DNA of 64,000 bases, taken from an uncultured Nitrososphaerota archaeon (GTDB lineage: Archaea; Thermoproteota; Nitrososphaeria; Nitrososphaerales; Gagatemarchaeaceae). The position numbers and the translations under genes are program-made. Numbering within the stretch: the stretch's first letter is position 1; every line of letters begins with the position of its first letter. Shown in pieces: positions 56,644 through 64,000 of the stretch. The stretch lies in contig CAWISW010000003.1 of NCBI GenBank assembly GCA_963838925.1, forward strand, positions 736,001 to 800,000, in the 5' to 3' direction. Under the pieces are notes generated by a model. That model searched no databases and was not told the origin of the DNA. It saw only the letters and a list, made by a program, of their open reading frames with translations.

Positions 56644-57680
56644 CAGCTGAGCTTCACCTCTCCGGTGAAAGAGAGCGCGTCGATGAGGCCCTCGGCGTAC
56701 CCAACGCTGAGCATGGCGAGCTCGTCCTGGTTGTTCGCCAGGAAGTTCTCCGAGTCCTTCAGGTAGAGCTCGGCGTTCTCGAGCAGGTCCTTGTGCCTCT
56801 CCTTCAAGCTCTCTCTCGCCTCCTTGAGCGCCCGCTTCGCTTTTTCAACATAACGAGGCACCAAGACCTGTGCCGTTCGTTTGACCGTAGCCGAGTTGTC
56901 GACGATGTCCTTCTTGTCTATCTTTAGGACCGCCTCAAGGACCTCTTCCTCGGTGAAGTGCAGCCTTCCCGGGATTATGACGCAGTGGGGCGGCGGCCCG
57001 AACGACCTGGACCCGAGCGCCCCCATCGGTCCTCCGATGACGGATGCGTCCTTCATGCCGACCCTGCCCAGGACCAGCGCCAGCGTCCCCTCGGACAGGA
57101 CCTCCCGCTTGAAGTTCTTCTCCGCGTCCATGAGCCTCTGGAAGACGAAGCTCGGCTCCACGCCCTGCTTCTTCTCGACGTCGTACTCCAGCAGCAGCAG
57201 CGTGTGCTGGCCCTCGAGCAGGTTGCGGTGGATTCGCTGGTAGACGTCCTGGTGGTGGGAGGCGCTCTCCACGGTGAAGGTTATCGTCCCTCCGAACTTG
57301 TAGTAGTGGAGCCCGCTCTCGCTCGCCGCTGCAGCCGGGATCGTCGTCCCGTGGACGACGCTCGTCCGTATCCCCCGGGAGGCCGCCCTTACCCTGAGGT
57401 CGTTGTGGGTGGTCGCGATCATGGGGTCGCCCTGGACGGCGAGCACAACCCTGGAGGCGCCCGCCTTCTCGAGGATCTCCCTTCCGTCTTCCACGAACTC
57501 CCTGCCGACGAGCGAGACCTTCTTCCCCGTCGCCATCTCCAGGTCGTCTACCAGCGCCGCCGAGCCGGGTGAGGTGTAGCGCTCGAGGTATGTCGAGTCG
57601 GAGGACTTTATCGCATCTATCCCCGCCAAGCTGACGCCGCGTTCCCCAAGCCCCAACCCCACGAAGACCAGTTCTCCCAA
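56640..57680 (-). CDS. dph5: diphthine synthase with C-terminal DUF357 domain
   Basis: FVGLGL, ERYTS, GDPMIATTH, GLHYYKFG, LHFTE; AELYLKDSE...GYAEGLIDAL. Confidence 0.92.
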   Translation of the reverse strand: MGELVFVGLGLGERGVSLAGIDAIKSSDSTYLERYTSPGSAALVDDLEMATGKKVSLVGREFVEDGREILEKAGASRVVLAVQGDPMIATTHNDLRVRAASRGIRTSVVHGTTIPAAAASESGLHYYKFGGTITFTVESASHHQDVYQRIHRNLLEGQHTLLLLEYDVEKKQGVEPSFVFQRLMDAEKNFKREVLSEGTLALVLGRVGMKDASVIGGPMGALGSRSFGPPPHCVIIPGRLHFTEEEVLEAVLKIDKKDIVDNSATVKRTAQVLVPRYVEKAKRALKEARESLKERHKDLLENAELYLKDSENFLANNQDELAMLSVGYAEGLIDALSFTGEVKLSW

Positions 57681-57737
57681 GTTCTCGCCACGGGCGACCG
57701 CCGGCTCCCTAATAATACTCGACGCCTGCGGTGGAAA

Positions 57738-57745
57738 GTAAATAT
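57738..57745 (+). promoter_or_regulatory. TATA-like box of the tRNA-Lys gene
   Basis: GAAA GTAAATAT about 27-34 nt upstream of tRNA position 1. Confidence 0.5.
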
Positions 57746-57771
57746 CCCACACTTTGACCGGCACCCATGCG

Positions 57772-57913
57772 GGGCCCGTGGCTCAGAGGCTCAGTCGAGA
57801 AGACTGAGTCGAGAAACCAGGTCAGAGCGGCTGGCTCTTAGCTAGCAGTGGGAGCAACCAGCATGTCGTGGGAAGCGTCAAAGCGCTCACGAATTCAAAT
57901 CCCACCGGGCCCG
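57772..57913 (+). tRNA. tRNA-Lys(CTT) with three introns (57787-57816, 57841-57856, 57873-57893)
   Basis: Spliced: GGGCCCG TG GCTC AG|CCAGGTCA GAGC G GCTGG CT CTT A|A CCAGC ATGTC GTGGG|TTCAAAT CCCAC CGGGCCC G; all four stems pair; BHB-like motif at each junction; CCA not encoded. Confidence 0.92.
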
Positions 57914-59203
57914 CACAACTCTCCTCTTCCCTTGCTTGCCTGAACCTCTGACTTTTCTAACAACAATACTGCGCAAGGTCTTTTCGTCGTCAAGATACGA
58001 AAAGATGATGAAACCTACGCGAATTGCACTATTGTTAGCGAAGTCCTGACCCAGTTTCCTTGCGAGGGAAGCGAGTTGAGTTTTGATTGCCTCTTCTCGG
58101 CTGAACGGAAGAAATTGTGTAAAGTCCGCGATTAGTCTCGCCTGAATCGAGAAACGGTGATCAGCGGTCCAAAGGTCTCTTCCGCCTGCTGAAGGCTCGC
58201 CGATAACGGGGTTACTTAGTCCTAAGAATCTGGTACCAACCGAGTGAGCTATTTCTGCGCCTAACCTTCCATGTTCATAGGCTGTTCCTGAGTAAAGCAT
58301 CTTGTTTTCAAGAGCCCTCAGGATTCGCACCTTGAAGTGGAGGTGCGAAGTGGGTAACCCCTTAAGAAAGGATGGCGCCGCCTTTTCCAATTCAAAATCG
58401 AAAAGTTCCACGGGACTCTTGAGATAGCTTGTCCACAGATTGAATCTCCTAAACTTGCTGTAGGCGATTATCAGTCTGATTCCGTCCGAGAATACTAATC
58501 TTGCAATTCTGAACTGTCTTCCATCTTCAACTCCAAGTAACCCGTGGCAATCTCCGTCGTGATAAAGTGCCAGCCTCTTTTCTCGACTGAACAAGTCATT
58601 AACCTTCGCAATGAGTCGAGGTCGTCGGTTTGAGCTACCAAGATTTGTTATGGTGGCCTGTATATGGAATGATTCCTTCATCCGTCCCCGTTCTTGATCT
58701 AGATGGAGCCTTATTGCGCCCTTACCAATAACTTCAAAGGACATTCTGACTCTTTTTGGAGCTCGTCTTATTCCGATTGAGTTGAGAAACCTAACCTCCT
58801 TAAGGTTCTCGAGAAAGAGCCCATGAGTCAGAAGGCGCAGCCGAAGGCTTACCCTTGCGCCAACTGGCGCAGCATAGCTGGGGATTGTCGGCCTCCAAAA
58901 CAGCTTGCCTTCAAAAGCTCGGTAGAAGAGATGACTCGAACCCGCGACTTGGATTTCATAAAACCTTGCAAGAGGTGATGACCCAATCTTCTGTTTGTTG
59001 GGCCCTGGCAAATCTTCGGAACGGATTCGCAACCTTCCGGCTTTGTTAATTCTGGCATTCAATGACGCGACTTGCTGAATCGCACTGTCTGGTGGATTTG
59101 GTAGCACCCGCTCTCTCCCGATTATCACAATCTGCTTTATATTCGCCGACGCCAGGAATCGCAAGCGAGCTTCAGGTCTTGCATCTAGAGTTCGATATCG
59201 CAA
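57887..59203 (-). CDS. hypothetical basic protein with C-terminal PD-(D/E)xK nuclease-like motifs
   Basis: 438 aa ORF, AT-richer than host; HGRLGAEIA...GGRDL...SIQAR; start uncertain. Confidence 0.55.
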   Translation of the reverse strand: MRYRTLDARPEARLRFLASANIKQIVIIGRERVLPNPPDSAIQQVASLNARINKAGRLRIRSEDLPGPNKQKIGSSPLARFYEIQVAGSSHLFYRAFEGKLFWRPTIPSYAAPVGARVSLRLRLLTHGLFLENLKEVRFLNSIGIRRAPKRVRMSFEVIGKGAIRLHLDQERGRMKESFHIQATITNLGSSNRRPRLIAKVNDLFSREKRLALYHDGDCHGLLGVEDGRQFRIARLVFSDGIRLIIAYSKFRRFNLWTSYLKSPVELFDFELEKAAPSFLKGLPTSHLHFKVRILRALENKMLYSGTAYEHGRLGAEIAHSVGTRFLGLSNPVIGEPSAGGRDLWTADHRFSIQARLIADFTQFLPFSREEAIKTQLASLARKLGQDFANNSAIRVGFIIFSYLDDEKTLRSIVVRKVRGSGKQGKRRVVRARWDLNS

Positions 59204-59399
59204 GCATACTACAGAAACGATTGCAACGAGTGAAGGACAAACAGAATCGAGACTCGATGAATTCTCGATGTCAATGGATATGAGAACCTAGGCAAGTTTG
59301 GGAGCTTCATTGGATCTCGAGATCCCTTAATCAAAACAAGGACTCATTACTTTCTCTTATCCAGGAAATAGTCATGGGTTCAAATCCCACCGGGCCCGC
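57894..59399. mobile_element. tRNA-integrated single-gene cassette (no integrase) bounded by 21-bp direct repeats
   Basis: TTCAAATCCCACCGGGCCCGC at 57894-57914 and 59379-59399; abrupt compositional shift between them. Confidence 0.75.
59371..59399 (+). repeat. att-like copy of the tRNA-Lys 3' end in intron-less form
   Basis: GTCATGGGTTCAAATCCCACCGGGCCCGC vs intron-removed GTCGTGGG|TTCAAATCCCACCGGGCCCGC (28/29 identical). Confidence 0.9.
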
Positions 59400-59526
59400 T
59401 CAAATCATCCTCGAGCGTGCGGAGGCCTTGCCGAGACGGGTCAGCAGGAGAAGCCGGTCGCGCGCCGAAATTATTAACGATAACATAAGTTAAATATCTC
59501 TCGCAGGCAATCGACTCCGAAGCATC

Positions 59527-59910
59527 TTGACCGTGGTGAGCCTTTCTTTTCCCGATAGCATGCTGAAGGAGATGGACGCAATCCAGAAGGACTCGGGGTT
59601 CACGGGGAGGTCAGAGCTCGTCCGTGCCGCGATTCGAATGCTTCTCGAAGACTCGAGGGAGAGGGCGGCTTCCGTGGGAGAGATGAACGGGTTGCTCGTG
59701 GTCACCCACGACGAAGAGGAGGAGGCGCCCGTCACCAAGCTGAAGCACCAATACGAGGACATCATCACCACGCATGTCCACAACAAGACCAAGACGTCGA
59801 TGTGCATAGAGCTCTTCGTCGTCCAGGGGGACGCCAAGAAGATCAACGCCATGACCAAGTCCTTCCAGGCCGAGGACAAGATGAAGAGCACGAAGCTCAT
59901 CCCGATCTAG
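59527..59910 (+). CDS. NikR-family metalloregulator
   Basis: RHH N-terminus (VVSLSF..GRSELVRAAIR); KLKH, THVH and MCIE metal ligands. Confidence 0.88.
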   Translation: MTVVSLSFPDSMLKEMDAIQKDSGFTGRSELVRAAIRMLLEDSRERAASVGEMNGLLVVTHDEEEEAPVTKLKHQYEDIITTHVHNKTKTSMCIELFVVQGDAKKINAMTKSFQAEDKMKSTKLIPI

Positions 59911-60058
59911 GGACCAGCCACGCATATCCCCGCCTCGAACCGATATTGACAACGCTAAGATGGACTCTAACAGCTCGTTCGAGTCTTATCCGATTAATCC
60001 TCTAATGTTAATACTTTGTCGACAAATAGTTATTAATCTCCGAGTTGTCTCCGCTCAC

Positions 60059-60169
60059 ATGTCAAGCGGGTCCAACTCGCCGGTCAGTCGGTACCGAATG
60101 TGGGCGGCGGTTATCGTCGCCATCGCGCTCGTCTTGATGGCCGTCGCGTTCTATTTCGTGGCAGGCTGA
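60059..60169 (+). CDS. 36-aa single-TM micropeptide
   Basis: MSSGSNSPVSRYRMWAAVIVAIALVLMAVAFYFVAG*; TATA-like TTATTAAT ~25 nt upstream. Confidence 0.5.
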   Translation: MSSGSNSPVSRYRMWAAVIVAIALVLMAVAFYFVAG

Positions 60170-60232
60170 AGCTTATTCCGTCGGGGAGCCAAGACAGCTT
60201 ATCTCGCGACGAGTCCGTCTAGCGTGTCAGTC

Positions 60233-60991
60233 TCACCGAGTCGAGGATGAAAGATCAGTTCGGAGGTGACGTTTATCCTCGCGACCATGACTTCTCTCTC
60301 CGTTGAGCACGAAATGGTCGGTCGCGCCGAGGATCAAGATGCCTATCCCTAGAGCGAGGAGCAGGTCGGCATTCGTCAGCCAAGCCAACGGGGTGCCAAC
60401 CTGAACGTCCATGACGTGAACTCCGAACTCGCGCCTGTCAAAGAGGAGGATTTCTATCGGAAGGACGATTGTGGCGGCCGCAGCGAACTCGAACGAACGG
60501 ACCAACCTCTTGCCGAGTCCGCCTTGGAAGAAGGCGACCGAGAAGAGGAGGAGCATTCCGAGCCAGCCCATGTAGTACACGTCCAAGCTCGACCGGACAG
60601 TGGGAAACTGAACTAGACCCAGATAGGCGACGAGCCAGCCGGACGGAAGCCGGCTCGGGTAAAGCGTAAGCGCAGGCCCTAACAGGCCGCTCGTCCACAG
60701 GAACGCCAGGTTGAGGACGACGAGACTGGCCACCATCCCCGAGATGAGGGCCACCCTCTTGCTCAAGATGCGAAGCCAGAAACCCGCGAACAACCAGGCC
60801 GCAGAGTACTCCAGGAACAGATTTCCTGAATCCCGAAGGCCGCCATATGCCCCGTAGATGTGATACGAGGATGGAGCGGCCAAAAACTGAGTATAGTAGA
60901 ATACCGCCGCGCCGAGACAAGCGGTTGAAGCGCCGAAGGCTGCTCGTGCGCCCCACTTTCGGAAGGAGGCCGAGACCGACACTAATTCCAT
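60233..60991 (-). CDS. hypothetical multi-pass membrane protein
   Basis: 252 aa, several hydrophobic segments; motif similarity to 6571..7350. Confidence 0.65.
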   Translation of the reverse strand: MELVSVSASFRKWGARAAFGASTACLGAAVFYYTQFLAAPSSYHIYGAYGGLRDSGNLFLEYSAAWLFAGFWLRILSKRVALISGMVASLVVLNLAFLWTSGLLGPALTLYPSRLPSGWLVAYLGLVQFPTVRSSLDVYYMGWLGMLLLFSVAFFQGGLGKRLVRSFEFAAAATIVLPIEILLFDRREFGVHVMDVQVGTPLAWLTNADLLLALGIGILILGATDHFVLNGERSHGREDKRHLRTDLSSSTR

Positions 60992-61235
60992 GAATAGTCC
61001 ACCCTCAGTGCAGCGCTCCCCTGATTAACATGTTCGGTGCATTCGATGGTCGTAGGCCGTTCCGAATGCGCGTCCAGGAAGCCGAGTCGTCCGAGTCCAC
61101 GACAGGATTATTACCACCGAGGGGTTCTTAATTAGCAATACTAGAACTATTGCCTGAAGCAGATAGTGATGTTATTTAGAACGTTGACAATACTTAATAA
61201 CCTTGCTCGTGATACGTGAGCCCAGAGAAACGAAG

Positions 61236-62303
61236 ATGGAAACTTCGAAACCAGCGGGAAACAAGCTTCTGATGCCGGCCGTAGCAGTAATAGTAATCCT
61301 GGTGCTCGCCGTAGGGGCAGGGCTTTACTTTACCAGGGGCTCGTCCTCCACCACGACCTCGACGGTAACCGTTAGTGGGTCTAGTTCGGTAAACACGGGG
61401 TCCAACACAGTGATTAACATAGTTGCCGCCGAGAACTTCTGGGGCAACTTGGTGAGCCAGCTTGCGGGTGTTCACGGTAACGTCACCAGCATAGTCTCAG
61501 ACCCTAACACCGACCCCCACGAGTACCAGAGCAATCCAGCGAACGCGAAGGCCATAGCCGACGCGAAGCTAGTGATAGTCAATGGGATGAACTACGATAC
61601 CTGGGCTCAGTTGCTCATCAACGCGAGCAACACTCCGGGCCAGACCGTGGTCACTGCTCAAAACGTCGTAGGCATTAAGACCCCAGACCAGACGCAGACG
61701 ATAAACGGGGCGACTTCCACGATAAATCCTCACCTCTGGTACAGTCCCTGGTATGTCAACGACACCGTTCACGCAATGTATAACGCGCTCGTGAAGATAG
61801 ATCCCACCGATACGCCCTACTTCAACTCGAACTACGCCACCCTGAACTATTCGCTCTATCACGTCTACATGGCGCAGGAGGAGCAGATCAAGGCGCAGTT
61901 CGGTGGCACTTCTTATGGCGATGGCACGGCCAAGAATGGAACAAACATCGCCGCGACGGAGAGCATAGTCATCTTCCTGGCAAACGCCACGGGTCTGAAC
62001 ATCATCACGCCGCAGGGATTCATGAAGGCCATTGCTGAAGGGGACGATCCGTCTCCCGCGGACGTCGCGACTTTCCAGAACCAGCTGACCGGCGGGAACG
62101 CAACGGTCGCCTGCATGGTCTACAACGTCCAGACCCTCACGCCTATCACCCAACAGCTGAAAGTGGAGGCCACCCAGTACGAGATCCCGATCACCACCGT
62201 GTCGGAGACGCTACAGCCTCCGAACCTCCCGTTCCAGAACTGGATGCAAGGCGAGGTCGCGGGCCTGCAGAACTGCCTCAACTCCGTAGCCCTAGGCGCC
62301 TAA
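61236..62303 (+). CDS. Zn/Mn-type metal ABC transporter solute-binding protein
   Basis: N-terminal TM helix, Ser/Thr linker, DPHEY, NPHLW. Confidence 0.88.
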   Translation: METSKPAGNKLLMPAVAVIVILVLAVGAGLYFTRGSSSTTTSTVTVSGSSSVNTGSNTVINIVAAENFWGNLVSQLAGVHGNVTSIVSDPNTDPHEYQSNPANAKAIADAKLVIVNGMNYDTWAQLLINASNTPGQTVVTAQNVVGIKTPDQTQTINGATSTINPHLWYSPWYVNDTVHAMYNALVKIDPTDTPYFNSNYATLNYSLYHVYMAQEEQIKAQFGGTSYGDGTAKNGTNIAATESIVIFLANATGLNIITPQGFMKAIAEGDDPSPADVATFQNQLTGGNATVACMVYNVQTLTPITQQLKVEATQYEIPITTVSETLQPPNLPFQNWMQGEVAGLQNCLNSVALGA

Positions 62304-62307
62304 ACGA

Positions 62308-63135
62308 ATGAATAGGGCCACGAAGACGGTGGCCGTCGGCGTGCAAACGGCACTCATCACGGCCGACCGCCTTTCAGCAGGCTACAGGGAGAAGGTGGTC
62401 TGGCAGGACGCGAACTTCGAGTTCGGTCGGGGCGAGTTCGTGGCCGTCATAGGGCCGAACGGTGCGGGAAAGACCACGCTGTTTCGCCTGCTTTTGGGGC
62501 TCCAGCCTCCGTTGGCTGGCAGCCTCAAGATCTTCGGCGAGAGTCCTACCCGTGGCAGCCCGCGAATGGGCTACGTACCCCAAAGGCACACGATTGACAG
62601 CGACACCAACATCGAGTCCCTTGAGCTGGTTCGGCTCGGCCTATCGGGGAAGAAGTGGGGGTTCAATCCGATTGGCCACAAGGACCGCGAAGCCGCGTTC
62701 GAGGCATTGAAAGCCGTTGGGGCAACGGAGCTCGCGCACAAGCCGCTCGGGGTGATGTCCGGGGGAGAGCTCCAGAGAATCTTTCTTGCAGAGGCCCTTG
62801 TGAGCAACCCTGACATCCTCCTGCTGGACGAGCCGCTCTCTAACCTCGACCTCCGTCGAGAGACGGAACTCCTTCACCTAGTGAACGATATCGTTCGGAA
62901 GCGGGGTGTGACCGCCCTGCTCATCGCCCACAACATCAACCCTCTTCTGCCGCACCTCGACAGAGTGATGTATATCGCGAACGGCAAGGTCGCCACGGGG
63001 AAGCCTGAAGAGGTCCTGACGTCGGAGAGCCTCACCGCGCTCTATGGCGTTCAGGTCGAGGTCCTGCGCGACCCGCACGGTAATGTCGCTATAATCGGCG
63101 TGGAAGAGCATCACGGCGATCCTGGGGCCGGTTAG
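62308..63135 (+). CDS. metal ABC transporter ATPase (ZnuC-like)
   Basis: GPNGAGKTT, GYVPQ, SGGELQR, LLLDEP. Confidence 0.92.
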   Translation: MNRATKTVAVGVQTALITADRLSAGYREKVVWQDANFEFGRGEFVAVIGPNGAGKTTLFRLLLGLQPPLAGSLKIFGESPTRGSPRMGYVPQRHTIDSDTNIESLELVRLGLSGKKWGFNPIGHKDREAAFEALKAVGATELAHKPLGVMSGGELQRIFLAEALVSNPDILLLDEPLSNLDLRRETELLHLVNDIVRKRGVTALLIAHNINPLLPHLDRVMYIANGKVATGKPEEVLTSESLTALYGVQVEVLRDPHGNVAIIGVEEHHGDPGAG

Positions 63136-63136
63136 C

Positions 63137-64000
63137 GTGAGCGGCAGCTTCAACATCAATCCCAACATCTTCTACGACCTCCAGCAGATGTGGCATTACC
63201 AGTTCATGCAGCACGCCTTTGAAGCAGGCACTATCATCGCGGTTCTAGCGGGTGTCACGGGCTTTTTTGTGGTGCTCCGTCGGTCCGCATTCACCGCCCA
63301 CGCGTTCTCGGAGATTGGATTCGCGGGAGCGGCGGCAGCAATCCTGATCAATGTCGCCCCGATTGTTGGTCTCTTGGGCGGCTCAATCGCGGGCGGCCTC
63401 GCGATAGCGGCACTCGGCCGCCGCGCCACAAACCGTGACACCCAAATCGGTATTGTGCTTGCATTCTCGCTAGGTCTCGGTCTACTCTTCATCAGCCTCT
63501 ATTCCGGCTATTCGACCGAGGCCTATTCGATTCTCTTCGGTGACATACTCGGAATAAGTTCCAGCGCCGTCTTTCTGAGCCTTGAAGCATGCGGCGTGAT
63601 TTTGTGCGTTATCGGATTCTTGTACCGGCCCCTTCTGTTCGCGTCTTTGGACGAGGACGTCGCAGAGGCCAAAGGCATGCCGATGCTCTTCCTGGGAACG
63701 ATGTTCATGCTGATCGTCGCGGTCTCGGTGTCCTTCGCAGTCCAAGTGACGGGTGTCCTTCTCATCTTCTCTTTGATGGTGACCCCCGCAGCGACCGCCA
63801 CGTATCTCGCGAGGCGACCGCAGCGGGCCATCCTCATCTCGGTTGCGATAGGGGTCGGAGCGACCTGGTCGGGGCTCTTCATCGCCTACTACACACCCTA
63901 TCCCGTCAGCTTCTTCATAACTGCAGAAGTATTCGGCCTATACATCCTGGTGCGGGTCATCCGCGAGGCGCTCAGGTATCGTGTTCGCCGCGACGTGGCT
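63137..64000 (+). CDS. metal ABC transporter permease (ZnuB-like), 3' truncated; not in ORF track
   Basis: GTG 63137: ..FMQHAFEAG..GFFVVLRR..F.AHAFSE..LFGDIL..VTPAATA. Confidence 0.9.
   Translation, partial: MSGSFNINPNIFYDLQQMWHYQFMQHAFEAGTIIAVLAGVTGFFVVLRRSAFTAHAFSEIGFAGAAAAILINVAPIVGLLGGSIAGGLAIAALGRRATNRDTQIGIVLAFSLGLGLLFISLYSGYSTEAYSILFGDILGISSSAVFLSLEACGVILCVIGFLYRPLLFASLDEDVAEAKGMPMLFLGTMFMLIVAVSVSFAVQVTGVLLIFSLMVTPAATATYLARRPQRAILISVAIGVGATWSGLFIAYYTPYPVSFFITAEVFGLYILVRVIREALRYRVRRDVA

Noticed and set aside
57887-59399. SSV1-type split tyrosine integrase at the tRNA
   Set aside because: No R...HxxR...Y motif is recognisable in the ORF and no complementary integrase fragment lies beyond the repeat
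59371-59399. 3' half of a split (trans-spliced) tRNA
   Set aside because: The fragment starts in the variable loop, has no leader complementary to a visible 5' half, and bounds a compositionally foreign segment, as an att repeat would
1-64000. Numerous long overlapping ORFs (e.g. 38224..39903 -, 16153..17331 +, 21069..22211 -, 9740..10888 -)
   Set aside because: Shadow frames of high-GC genes: they overlap well-identified genes and carry no family motifs
1-64000. CRISPR array, rRNA genes, IS transposases
   Set aside because: No regularly spaced repeats, rRNA-like tracts or transposase motifs were seen

Overview
High-GC archaeal chromosomal window. Gene content and order suggest Nitrososphaerota (Thaumarchaeota), probably a non-ammonia-oxidising heterotrophic lineage; this is inference. 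Most of it is core genes: a LysW-dependent Arg/Lys biosynthesis cluster (argH end, two lysW, argX, lysX, lysY/Z/J/K, LysM-type regulator), archease-rtcB, rtcA, two proteasome beta subunits, aCPSF1, Sm, a beta-oxidation cluster, KEOPS (kae1, bud32, pcc1), rps15, serS, rps3ae, rpl15e, ychF, truD, pth2, EF-1beta, fen1, ribK/ribL, dph5, and a NikR-family regulator near a Zn/Mn-type ABC transporter. Many genes start with TTG and several apparently with CTG. Most interesting signals: (1) a tRNA-Lys(CTT) gene with three bulge-helix-bulge (BHB) introns at 15/16, 37/38 and 53/54; (2) directly behind it, a ~1.5 kb AT-richer cassette with no integrase and one PD-(D/E)xK-like ORF, closed by a copy of the tRNA 3' end in its intron-less form; (3) an intein-less rtcB with a patch of A/T-ending codons centred on the known RtcB intein site, ~2.5 kb from a free-standing HTH-LAGLIDADG gene; (4) a candidate C/D-box guide sRNA; (5) two distantly related uncharacterised membrane proteins sharing an E-x3-H...N motif. 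No CRISPR array, rRNA or recognisable transposase or integrase was seen. All calls are by eye, without database searches.
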